Source: an uncultured delta proteobacterium
GTDB lineage: Bacteria > Desulfobacterota > Binatia > UBA9968
Reading direction: 5' to 3'
Assembly: GCA_963728565.1 (NCBI GenBank)
Contig: CAVSLC010000011.1
Coordinates: 96,001 to 160,000, forward strand
Length of the DNA stretch: 64,000 bases
Made by a program: the position numbers and the translations under genes. The notes beneath the pieces are model-generated. The model was not told the origin of the DNA. It worked only from the letters and a program-made list of their open reading frames with translations, and ran no database searches. Below are positions 53,010 through 62,970 of the stretch, piece by piece. Each line of letters starts with the position of its first letter. Positions within the stretch are counted from its first letter, which is position 1.

Positions 53010-53327
53010 CTATTGCCCTGTGAGCACGGAAAGTGACGCGACCTGCTTCCCCTCGGTATCGTAAACAAACAGGGCCTTACCACCTGCTGCCTTCCAAGTC
53101 TGCGCCCAATTATTCACCAACAACTCTTTTTCGGACTTCTTCAGAGCATCCCACTCATTATTCACATGTATGTCTACAGAGCCAGAGACCCATCCGCTTC
53201 TTTCGACTTTCGCTACGATCGGCTGTTCTTCAAGCCAAGACATAGCGCCCCCATTGCTCAACTGTGCCTCCGAATACGCCGTCACTAATAGGATCGACAA
53301 TGTAAGACATACGAACAGTTTTTTCAT
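53010..53327 (-). CDS. small exported hypothetical protein
   Basis: signal peptide MKKLFVCLTLSILLVTAYSEA; GGAGG RBS. Confidence 0.65.
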   Translation of the reverse strand: MKKLFVCLTLSILLVTAYSEAQLSNGGAMSWLEEQPIVAKVERSGWVSGSVDIHVNNEWDALKKSEKELLVNNWAQTWKAAGGKALFVYDTEGKQVASLSVLTGQ

Positions 53328-53643
53328 AGTTCCTCCAAACAGGCGAGATTATGCCTATCCCGTTTAAAAATGAGCGCGGGGCGAGACGGGAACCCTGAAC
53401 CGCAATGAAGATGCCAATGAGATTTGCGGAATGATTTGTTTATTCAGAGGAAAGTTGCGAACGATAGGCCGCAAATTACGCTCGCAATAGGCCCCGCGTA
53501 CGAAAATTCGTAGCCACAGATCGTTATTGTTGCTTCCTGAAAATTTTCAGTATAGTCGCGCGAATAGACGACTCACCGCCTGAACAGTACAACGGGTTCT
53601 TAGCCGATGGCTCAGTCACGATTGCCCATCCACACTACAATTC

Positions 53644-54006
53644 GTGGCAGTCGGTTTCGCGGAGGATCGTGGCGGCAACAGTATTGAGGTGCGCTTCAAT
53701 GGGAGGAAAGAGAACCTGCACTCGCTGTGGGACACCGCGCTTGTTGAGTTGGAGCAAGGCACTCCCGCAGAGATCGCGGCCCGAATCCAAGCTGCGGTCA
53801 CCGACGATGATCGGCAGCAATTGGAGCAAGGATACCTGCGGATTGGGGCTTGAGTCGTGGGGATAGTCAGGGCGCAAGGTATCGGCTACCTGCATCTGGC
53901 GAGATTACTGCAAGCTAACGTCGAAGCGGCACTCGCTGTGATTCGGACTCGGTTAGCGCACGCGGGAGCGTGACTGGGATTGCTGCTTAATCAGAACTTT
54001 CAGTAA
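53644..54006 (+). pseudogene. S1/P1 nuclease C-terminal remnant
   Basis: DRGGN..NLHSLWD..WALES..RLAHAGA*LGLLLN with frameshifts and an internal stop. Confidence 0.75.
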
Positions 54007-54093
54007 CAGCGGGGTAAGGGTCCTCGTTACTAAATTTTGAATACCCAAAAACTTTCTGGACAGGCTATATCGAACAGCGGTAAAAATCAGCGC

Positions 54094-55080
54094 ATGAAGA
54101 CTATTCTATTGATGATTAGTTTTGTCTTAGCGACTTATCAATTTGCCGAGGCGCAGCAGGCGACGAAAGTTCCCCACATCGGATACTTAGAGGGCGGTCC
54201 CCTTTCCGCTCACACGTCCCGCATGGAGGCGTTCCGTCAGGGATTGCGCGAGCTTGGCTACGAAGAAGGGAAAAACATTCTTATTGAGTGGCGATTTGGC
54301 GACAGCAAACTCGATCGCCTCCCGGCGCTTGCGACCGAGTTAGTGGGTCTCAAGGTAGCTGTCATCGTTACGGGTGGTACGGCACCGACCCGTGCTGCTA
54401 AGCGAGCAACCTCTATGATTCCCATTGTGATGGCACAGGATAATGATCCAGTTGCAAGCGGAGTCGTCGAAAGCCTTGCGCGACCCGGCGGAAATATCAG
54501 CGGGCTGACTAACTTTGCCCCAGAGCTAAGCACCAAACGACTGGAGATGTTGCGAGAGGTCGTCCCAAAGCTCTCCCGTGTCGCCGTCCTCGGGGTGTCG
54601 ACCGGCCCATCGACCGGCCCAACCAGCGCACTAGTAATTAAAGAGCTGGAACTCGCCGCAAAGCTCCTGGGAGTGAAGCTTCAATATTTAGACATTTTAG
54701 AACCTAAGGATGTTGAGACTGCATTTCGAGCCGCAAACGAGGGGCGTGCAGACGGAATCACGACGGCTCCTAATGTCATGGTTGTTTCTCAGCGAGCACA
54801 GATTGTAGAACTTGCGGCAAAGAACCGGCTTCCCGGGATTTATCACAATAGCCAGTTTGCGGAGGCCGGTGGGCTGATGTTTTATGGCGTTAACGTTTTC
54901 GACTTGGATCGCCGGGCGGCCGCCTACGTGGACAAAATCCTTAAGGGAGCCAAGCCTGCTGACCTCCCCGTGGACCAGCCAACGAAGTTCGAGTTCGTGA
55001 TCAATCTCAAAACCGCAAAGCAAATCGGCCTGACCATTCCTCCGAACGTGTTGGCGCGAGCGGACAGAGTCATCAAATAG
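54094..55080 (+). CDS. orphan ABC substrate-binding protein (ABC_sub_bind, Trp/Tyr-like)
   Basis: AFRQGLRELGY.EGKNI, SLARPGGNISG, ILKGAKPADLPV.QPTKFEFVINLKTAKQIG. Confidence 0.9.
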   Translation: MKTILLMISFVLATYQFAEAQQATKVPHIGYLEGGPLSAHTSRMEAFRQGLRELGYEEGKNILIEWRFGDSKLDRLPALATELVGLKVAVIVTGGTAPTRAAKRATSMIPIVMAQDNDPVASGVVESLARPGGNISGLTNFAPELSTKRLEMLREVVPKLSRVAVLGVSTGPSTGPTSALVIKELELAAKLLGVKLQYLDILEPKDVETAFRAANEGRADGITTAPNVMVVSQRAQIVELAAKNRLPGIYHNSQFAEAGGLMFYGVNVFDLDRRAAAYVDKILKGAKPADLPVDQPTKFEFVINLKTAKQIGLTIPPNVLARADRVIK

Positions 55081-55488
55081 GAGTCACGATGGCAGAACTC
55101 GACAAAGGCAAAACCGATCACTCCAAGGACTCAGGGTCTCAACCCTCGCCATGACAGATGCACTCGCAAAGCTTCTGATCGAGGTAGAGAAGCGCCGTAG
55201 ATAAGGTCAGCTCCTATCTCAAACCGACCCAAATCCGTGCAACGTGATTTTGTCACGGTAGAGAATCACCCGAGCGTTAAACAGGGTGAGTATCTCAAGA
55301 AAGATTTAACGGTGATTTGGGCGGGCTGGTATCATTCGTATTGCGGATGGAGTGCTGTGGAACACGCAAGTCAGCGCACAAGATGAACCAGCAGTTGCTG
55401 GTCACCGATGATTGACCTTCTTAAATTTTCAGCAGCCGCGAGATTGGATCCGCCACAACATTAAGAGATGTCAAAAGCTTCGATCTAA

Positions 55489-55711
55489 CTCTACTCGGCT
55501 TCGCCTTCAGCCGCCGCCTTGAGGCGGCGCTGGCGAACGGCATCGTGCGAGATCCTCTACCAATTTACGGGTGTCTTCCCAGCCGACACACGCGTCTGTG
55601 ATGCTTAAACCGTAGACGAGTTCTTTGCCCGGCATCAGATCTTGACGGCCTGCTTTGAGATGACTTTCGATCATAACGCCGAAGATGCGAGCATCGCCGT
55701 CGGCAATTTGG
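55489..55711 (-). pseudogene. displaced 3' fragment (~73 codons) of DAHP synthase; direct repeat of 62969..63190
   Basis: QIADGDARIFGVMIESHLKAGRQD..; 10 substitutions and 1 indel versus the intact gene. Confidence 0.92.
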
Positions 55712-55819
55712 GTTGCTTCAAAAAACCTTTGCGAAAAGTTTTTAGTGCGTGGGATGGGTGTCCGTCTGAAACACTTATGCTCGTCGTTTCGCAAAGAGGG
55801 AGGCCAGTGATTAACCGAA

Positions 55820-58800
55820 TCAATTTAATGCTCCTGCGCCGATCCTGAGCAGGTGATAGCGCCCCCGCGGATTTCCGCTCGGTGCAGGGGCCAAACTGAC
55901 CGGCGTGCCGGTCGAAATCAGAGACGTGTCTTTGCTGTGAAACTTGAAATCGCTGGTATTGTACAAATAGGACGGATCCAACAAGGCATAGTCGAACAGG
56001 AGCTGATTCGAAAACAAAGTTACGCTTTCGGTCAAAAAGTCGACCAACCTTGAGTTGTTGTTTGTGCCAATAGTTAGAAAGAGGCCTGCGTCACGGCTCA
56101 CCGTCGTAAGCACATGCAGTCCCTCGTCGGTAAATTCTTTCACAGCATCAATACGAGATAGCTCGGGATTCCATGCCACCAACTTTGTCCGCTGGCTGGA
56201 AGTCGAATCGCTCTGGGCTTGGCTCATAAGAAATACCAGCTTCTCAGTTGCTGCCGTAGGTGTGGTTCGCAGCACGCCGGCACCAAACTCGCCGATGTTG
56301 TTAGGCGCAAATCTTGGCCCGGGAGCCACAACAATGCGAAAGCCCTGGACCGGATTATCGGCATCACCACAGTCGACAGGAAAGTTTAGGAGACTGCCGG
56401 AACTCGACGGCGCCGAGCCGAATTCGAGTTGAGCGATCTCGGCACGGTTCTGCGTTAGCTGGGTTTGAACATGAGGCGGGCTGACCGATTGGCTGGCAAG
56501 CACATGCATTGCATTTAGCCGTTCCACTGTACAGAAATTTTGGTTATGGCCCGGAGAAGTAGCAAAATCACCTGCGGTCCATGGCGTAATAGCGCCATCC
56601 TGTGGTCCGCCAACATACTGCGTCGTCGACAATACTCGATACGTCATCGTCGCGCTCGTCGGATTGGGCTGATAAACCGTTCGACCGTTGCTGTGATTCA
56701 TCACAATAGTGGGCGGAGCGGTATTCGCCAAAATCTGGCCAGTTGTTACATCGACTAATGCCCAGATCGGCCCAAGTTCTGGCAAGGCGAACGGAACCTG
56801 CACTGAAGGTAGGTCAATGATCGAAGGGCCGGCGCTTCCGCTCCCTCCCGCGCCAAGTGTCCGTGAAGAAAAGGTGGCGATCCCAAGATTGTTGGTCGTA
56901 AAATTAATTTGGACAAGCGCCAGAGGTCTCCCGTCGGCGGTGAGATGGATACTCCAGATGTTCCAATTGTACTGAGACGCACCACTGCCGAAGGCGTGAG
57001 AGGATTCATTCAACAAGAGCGGGTAACTAAGACTGGCGGACTTTATTTCATCGACAAGTAGGCTTATCCCGTAGGTGACTTGAGAAGGCCCAAGGGTGTA
57101 GAAACCCGCCGTCGGATTGTCTACCTCCGTTGGCACCCAGGTTTGAACACCCTTGATTTGTTTCCACAGCAGATGTTGCTTGTAAGGCAACGTATGCGAA
57201 AACTGCGCGTTGGTGCCAATGTCTACACCCATGGGAAACGAGTACTGCTGTATGCTCTGAATATCCACCTCATTGTTCGCAGCGAGTGGGATATGCGTCG
57301 CTCCGACGAGTCGATTGATTCTGAATGTGTAAAATAAGTTCGGCTGCCCTGGTCCTATACGGCTCCGCCCCACAAGCGTGTTACCGCTATCGCCCCACTG
57401 GAGATCGTCGAGGTTGGATTTCAAGAGTGGCAACGGAAACGCGCCGCTGGAATTTCTAAGGTACCAACGGATCGAATCCGAAAAGATTTGCTCAACCCGC
57501 TGCGGGCTAAGAGACCTTCCCGATAACAGCGCCGGGAAAATCGTCTTGTGGCGCTTCGTCGCCAAGTTTTCCCTTGTAAACGGCCATTAACTTGTCGCTA
57601 TTACCGGGCAATCTAAAAACAGCCGATATCGGCTGGCCGGGGTTTGCCGTTACCGTATTTGTGCCAACTGGTGTAGCCGCAATTCGTGCTCCGTTAGAAT
57701 CTTCGCTGTAGAGTTCGAGAGTTCCGCCATCGAGTTTGTCGGTCGAACCGTTGGTTCCCTCAACCCGCACCAGTGACATATCGGTGGGATCGTTTGATAC
57801 GTCGACATTGAGCTTGCCGCGAAAGAAATAGTCGAGCAGGCTCGCCGAATACCCGACCGCGCGGGGAAGAAGAAATCTCGCGTAATCCGCATGAACACGG
57901 TCGTCCAAGACCCAGCTACTTGAGATTCCTGGAGATAGGTTGAAGGCTCGTAACGACCTTCTCAGCATGCCCTCGCGGACGAAGCGAGTCACTGTTTCTC
58001 CCGTTAGTAGTGGCCTCGAGAAATACCTTTGCACGCGCCCGTCGACGATTTCATCGATCGGTTGTTCCAAGACGAGATCGCTAGCGCGGGGTAATGCGAA
58101 ATCACGAAAGATCGTGCTCCTGCTCAAGAAATTTCCATTGGTAATTTCAGTAATTCCCAGCGCTGGGTCGGACAGAATGCCAGAGTTTCCGGCTTCCAAC
58201 CGATCGGTATCGAACAATCGAGCGACAGGAGAGGGTGCCCGACCGTTACCCGTAGCGCTAAATATGGATAACGGCGGTGCCTTGGGGGCCAAACTGATAA
58301 TAGCATTTACGGGACCCTGATTGTTTAGTGCCCATGTTTCGTAGCCATCGGGAGTCGGAAACTGAAAATTTGTAAAAGGTAAAATTACATTCAGGTGAGG
58401 ATCCTCACGTACATGCGCCGGCACGGTTGCGTCCTGCAATAAATGTGTGCCCTGCCCAAGAGATCGGAATAGATTGGCAAAGGCCCTTTCTCTTTGACTT
58501 TCGGTGCTTCCCGCCAGCGCTTCAAGATACTGCTTTCTGGCGTTTTGCCAGGACCAGCTCCCGGTGCCCGCCAATAAATAACCATCCTGACGTGAGTCCT
58601 GATTCCACAGGAGGGACGACTCGCCGAGTTTAATTCCAAAAAGTAGTCCTGATTCCGCCCAAGGTCGCAAAGGATTATGAAAATGATGTCGGACTCTCGT
58701 AGCAGGAATGTCCTCAGTTCGCGCTCCCAAGGTAATCCAATCGTTCACGGATCGCCCTAAAATAAGCTCATCAACTCCACGTACCAGCCCCAAATCCTGT

Positions 58801-58967
58801 CGCAAATATGACTGCAGTAAGGAAACGCTCACTGCCCGTTCCGTAATCACCTGGTGGGTTGGAAGATCATACCCATAAAGTCGCGTTCCGTTGATCGTAA
58901 GTGACATTGTCGACAAAAAAACCAGGACCCCAAATGCTTTTACTTTATCCACATCGCACTCCTTCAA
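55820..58967 (-). CDS. secreted protein with N-terminal zinc-dependent phospholipase C/P1-nuclease-like domain and long beta-rich C-terminus (apparent 1-bp frameshift near 57512)
   Basis: signal peptide then YDLPTHQ, TED, HHFHNP, GTHLLQD, PAH, YE; ORFs 57507..58967 and 55820..57565 join as GAVIGKV-LSPQRVEQIF. Confidence 0.7.
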
Positions 58968-59581
58968 TTAGGGTAGGGCTCGAGCCCCAATGTGATACGC
59001 TCTCGATTAACGGAATCGAGGTATTTCATCATGCGATCGGATGGTACACCGTGAGGCCGCGTCGAGCGTACGAATTCCAATCTTTGTTCACTGGTTCTTA
59101 TTAGCGGCAACTCCAACACGGTCCCCTCGGCGGTAAATCGCCGCCATTCGGCTCGAGTTCGTTCGGCGCTGACGATCGCATCTTTGAGACCCCAGCTGTC
59201 GAAATCGCGAAATTGCCAGCGCCCGTAACCGGACTTAAAGATAAAGAATTCAGGTCCGTAAATCTCACTAAACGGATTAACCGTCCATGTCTGTCGTGCC
59301 CGGATGACGAATCGCCCTTCCGCATCTGTCACGACCTCTTCCGAGTCGTAGTATTCATTACCACCCATTTCGCCGACGAAACTTGCGTAGCGCTTTTCCC
59401 ACCGGGCCAATACAACTGCTCCTTCCAAGGGCTTGCCAGTTTCTTTGTCGACAACCTGCCCTTTCCATGGGCCGGCGGATTCCGACATAACGGGAAAGCA
59501 AACGCTTGCGATCAACAGCGTCACAACAAAGGCTCTGAGTGACGTGAATGTTCCTGATAATCTCGACATTTTCTCGTTCAT
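58964..59581 (-). CDS. exported protein with carboxypeptidase-regulatory-like beta-sandwich
   Basis: GQVVDKETGKPLEGAVV..VTDAEGRF..FIFKSGY; overlaps the next gene by 4 bp. Confidence 0.75.
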   Translation of the reverse strand: MNEKMSRLSGTFTSLRAFVVTLLIASVCFPVMSESAGPWKGQVVDKETGKPLEGAVVLARWEKRYASFVGEMGGNEYYDSEEVVTDAEGRFVIRARQTWTVNPFSEIYGPEFFIFKSGYGRWQFRDFDSWGLKDAIVSAERTRAEWRRFTAEGTVLELPLIRTSEQRLEFVRSTRPHGVPSDRMMKYLDSVNRERITLGLEPYPN

Positions 59582-59661
59582 AAACCTCAACTCCAGCAAA
59601 AGTTCTTAGCCGGGATTATAATCGTTCAGATTGTCCATGTCTCTCTGGACCAAAGATCCAG

Positions 59662-62232
59662 CTAGAATGACGCGACCCGCCAGAAGCCGTCGACATCCAT
59701 CGCAAATCTCACTTCAAAGGACATCACTATCCCGTCATCGGTGCGCGCTGCTTCATAGACCGCTTCGTTATCGCCGATTCGCACAAGCGATACGGATGTA
59801 AGGATTTCATCGATAAGGGGTAGCTGCGCAGAAATGATTTGGAATCCTTCCTCGTATATCGGCCGTGCTCGAGCGACAATCTGCGACACCGCAGCAGGGA
59901 TATCACCGGAGCGCAGAGCATCTTTCATTGCGAGCCATCTTGCTTGCAGGATCCCATCCAACTGGGTTGGATCAAGCACTTGGACGACCGCATTTGCGGC
60001 TAGCTGATTACCCTGAAGATCGGTAGCATTGGCGGTCGCGACATATATGCCGGGCTGGGCGAACGTGAATGACTGCTGTGTCAAACGTGCTCCTGTGAAA
60101 TCGACATTACCGTCGCCATTCGCATCAAGGGCCACCTGTAGAAACTCAACATCACCAAAGAGTGAGAACGTCGCAGTAAGCGGCGCCGGTCCGTTTGTCG
60201 GCAAGACATGAAGAATTGTTGGTGACGGCGCGGCAGTAAGTATTGTGATGGGAATGGTCTGGGTGGCGCTGTTGCCGTTTTTAGCAGTGACTATGGCAGT
60301 GAGGCTGGTAGTTTCCGGTGACAAAAACACTAACCCGACAAACGCATTTTGCTGAATGGCAGTGGGAACACCATTCACCGTCACGCCTACCTCACCTCCA
60401 GTGAGATTTGTTATCGATCCACGCACAATGAGCTGGCCTGACGGCACGGTCGCGCCATGGGTCGGAGTCGTGATGCTGATCGCCAGCCCAGCTGTCACGG
60501 TGATTCTTACGCTCTCTGATGCCGCCCCGCCTTTGCCATCGCTTACGGCTACGGTGAGACTGAATGAGCCTACTTGGCTTGCAACCGGTGTGAACGCGAA
60601 TACTCGCGTGCCGGGATCGAACGCAGCGTTTGCCGGTAAAGGCGCAACGGAGTAGATCAAAGGGTCATCGTCCGGATCGCTTGCGCTGACGGTGATTTGA
60701 AGAGTGCTTCCAACCATGACTGTTCTGTCGCCAACGGATGAAAGCACCGGCGGCTGGTTTGGTTTGGTAACTGTAATGTCGACGCTTGCCGAGCTATCTA
60801 CCAAGCCGTCGCTGACCGTGAGTTGAAACGTCAGAATCGTCAGTCCTTGAACCGTTGGCGCTGTCAATACCGGGCTGGCGGCAGTAGGATTTGAAATTGT
60901 CACGCCGGGACCAGCCGTCTGTGTCCAGTGATGGCTAATCGAATCGCCGTCAGGATCGAAGCTGTTAGTACCGTTGAGACTGACGATCGTGCCGGATGTC
61001 ACTGTCATTGGTTGCCCGGCGTTGGCCACTGGCGACTGATTGGCGATCAGATATTCGTGAGCGCCGATATCAAACTGTGCATGATTTCCGCGTTTTCCGA
61101 TTCTCGGGCGGGTGAGATCGATATAGTAGTCGGCCTCTAAGATCGAGTTAAAGAGCGGGCTTAGGCCCAGAATGCGGGAGTCTAGGCCGCTGTCGAGTGC
61201 AGGTGAAACGATGGACAACCTATAATCGTCGTCTCCCGTGTTTGCGATACCATCAGGACCTTTCATATCTGCCAGCACATTCTCCGCGTTGTTGCAGCCC
61301 GCGCTGGAACCAAAGCCTGAGCCCTCAGTTCCCTGCGGCGAGAGATTGCCGGAATCCGAACTATCCAGAGCTGGTCCAAAAATCTCTCCCTGCTGATTCC
61401 CGCAAACCAGGTTATTCAGCAGATGAACGCGCTCAGGTGTTGGCCCGCTCGAGCTTTCAATCTGAACGCCGAAACGGCCGCCACTATTCCCCGAGCCAGT
61501 CCCGTTCTGATTGATGATATTGTTGACGAGAAATACGTCCCTGCCCGATGCGATAGAGACACCGTTCCATTGGTTGGCGAATATGGTGTTGTTGATGATG
61601 TAGTGAGGACCGCCGTCGCCATCGACCATGGCTATTCCGTTGCGTCCATTGGCGTGTATCAGGTTATTGACGATAAGCGTCTCCGGGTTGCCCCGAGCGA
61701 TACTGATGCCGCCATTACATGAACTACTACCGTTCCCGTAAATGCGGTTTTCGACGATATTTATGCCCTGATTACCATTAGTCCCACCCATCATGAAGAT
61801 TGCTTCAGCGCCGGTGCCGGTGATGGTTAGGCCTCGAATCGTAACAAACTTAGAGCGCCTGATACGTATGGCAAACCGGTTAGTACATTGGGCACCCGCG
61901 GATCCAGTCAATACAACCGCGCCGGGAGCGCTCGCCGGGTCGGCCTCGACAACAATGCGATCCAACTCCCGCGCACTGGTAAAATCATTCTTTTGAATGT
62001 TGAGCTGTTCGGGATACGTTCCAGCCTGTATCCGGACCGTGTCACCCGACCCCGAGACGTCAATCGCCGTCTGAATTGTCGCGTAACAGGGAGACTTGCC
62101 GTTGCAGGTCCTGTCAATTTTGTTGACGTAGAGGATTCTCCCGAGTTGTTGTGCTGGTACAACGCGGGAGAGAACAAGCGAAAGTAAGGCAGAAATCGCA
62201 ACAGTGAAGCAGAAGCAAAGCTGTCTTGTCAT
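59662..62232 (-). CDS. large secreted protein: right-handed beta-helix, PKD/Ig repeats and C-terminal alpha/beta domain
   Basis: TIQTAID, NN-rich parallel beta-helix repeats, DIGAHE, NQSPVANAG, NQPPVL, DPDDDPLIYS, W.AMKDALRSGD..DVDGFWRVASF. Confidence 0.8.
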   Translation of the reverse strand: MTRQLCFCFTVAISALLSLVLSRVVPAQQLGRILYVNKIDRTCNGKSPCYATIQTAIDVSGSGDTVRIQAGTYPEQLNIQKNDFTSARELDRIVVEADPASAPGAVVLTGSAGAQCTNRFAIRIRRSKFVTIRGLTITGTGAEAIFMMGGTNGNQGINIVENRIYGNGSSSCNGGISIARGNPETLIVNNLIHANGRNGIAMVDGDGGPHYIINNTIFANQWNGVSIASGRDVFLVNNIINQNGTGSGNSGGRFGVQIESSSGPTPERVHLLNNLVCGNQQGEIFGPALDSSDSGNLSPQGTEGSGFGSSAGCNNAENVLADMKGPDGIANTGDDDYRLSIVSPALDSGLDSRILGLSPLFNSILEADYYIDLTRPRIGKRGNHAQFDIGAHEYLIANQSPVANAGQPMTVTSGTIVSLNGTNSFDPDGDSISHHWTQTAGPGVTISNPTAASPVLTAPTVQGLTILTFQLTVSDGLVDSSASVDITVTKPNQPPVLSSVGDRTVMVGSTLQITVSASDPDDDPLIYSVAPLPANAAFDPGTRVFAFTPVASQVGSFSLTVAVSDGKGGAASESVRITVTAGLAISITTPTHGATVPSGQLIVRGSITNLTGGEVGVTVNGVPTAIQQNAFVGLVFLSPETTSLTAIVTAKNGNSATQTIPITILTAAPSPTILHVLPTNGPAPLTATFSLFGDVEFLQVALDANGDGNVDFTGARLTQQSFTFAQPGIYVATANATDLQGNQLAANAVVQVLDPTQLDGILQARWLAMKDALRSGDIPAAVSQIVARARPIYEEGFQIISAQLPLIDEILTSVSLVRIGDNEAVYEAARTDDGIVMSFEVRFAMDVDGFWRVASF

Positions 62233-62970
62233 TAGCGCCCTCGGTGTCGCGTCGAGTAGTTATTAATCGTGGGGCAGTCATAGAGCCGTTGAAGTGTTAG
62301 CTGCGACGGGGCGACTTATTCGAAATGAAAGTGGATGTCAAGCAGTGGCTGCGTATTGCAGAGTTTAGCTATATCTTTGTTCACCTCATAAAAAGCAACT
62401 CAATAATGCGATTGGCTGCTCACTGACAACAAGTATTGTGCGGGCTTATCGCAACATGATAATCCCCGGTGGAAATCATCATCAGTGAAAAGGATTGAGA
62501 GTATCTCAAGGAGTCTAACCGTGATTTGATCGGCACGGAATTATTTGGTTGGATGGCAACGTCGGACGGGCAAGTCACAGGACAAGATCAAGCACTCGCG
62601 GGTTAATTATCCCGCGGATTCCGCAGTTGCGATTGACACAAAAGCGCGAGGCACAATCCTTCCGCAGCGAAGTCGATGGGTTTCTGCCTCTGAGCAGACA
62701 TCGCTCAGCGGTGCTTCGAGGGGGATGTTTAAGCCTCATAGCAACGACGTGCGAGAGCGCAAAACCACTTTGAAACTTCACAGTCGGACGCCTTCGCTGC
62801 TCCAGGATTCCACCTCGCTTCCGGCATTTTTAGTTCGACTGCGGAATCCGGGATTATCAGTGACATCGCTACGATAGGATAAAACACCGGGGAATCTGAT
62901 ACTGAAGGAAAACTAGTTGATTCGTTCTTGCGGGGACCTGGAAGCAGCTACGCGCCTTCTAGCTTTGGCT

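Larger units (their letters stand above)
49327..55711. mobile_element. putative integrative element, unit 1 (no integrase seen)
   Basis: starts with GTTGCTTCAAAAA..TGCGAAAAGTTTTTAGT; ends with shared non-coding block and DAHP synthase 3' fragment; accessory cargo. Confidence 0.55.

Noticed and set aside
55426-55437. TTTTCAGCAGCC resembling the MITE right end
   Set aside because: Only 12 bp, with no partner end or target duplication.
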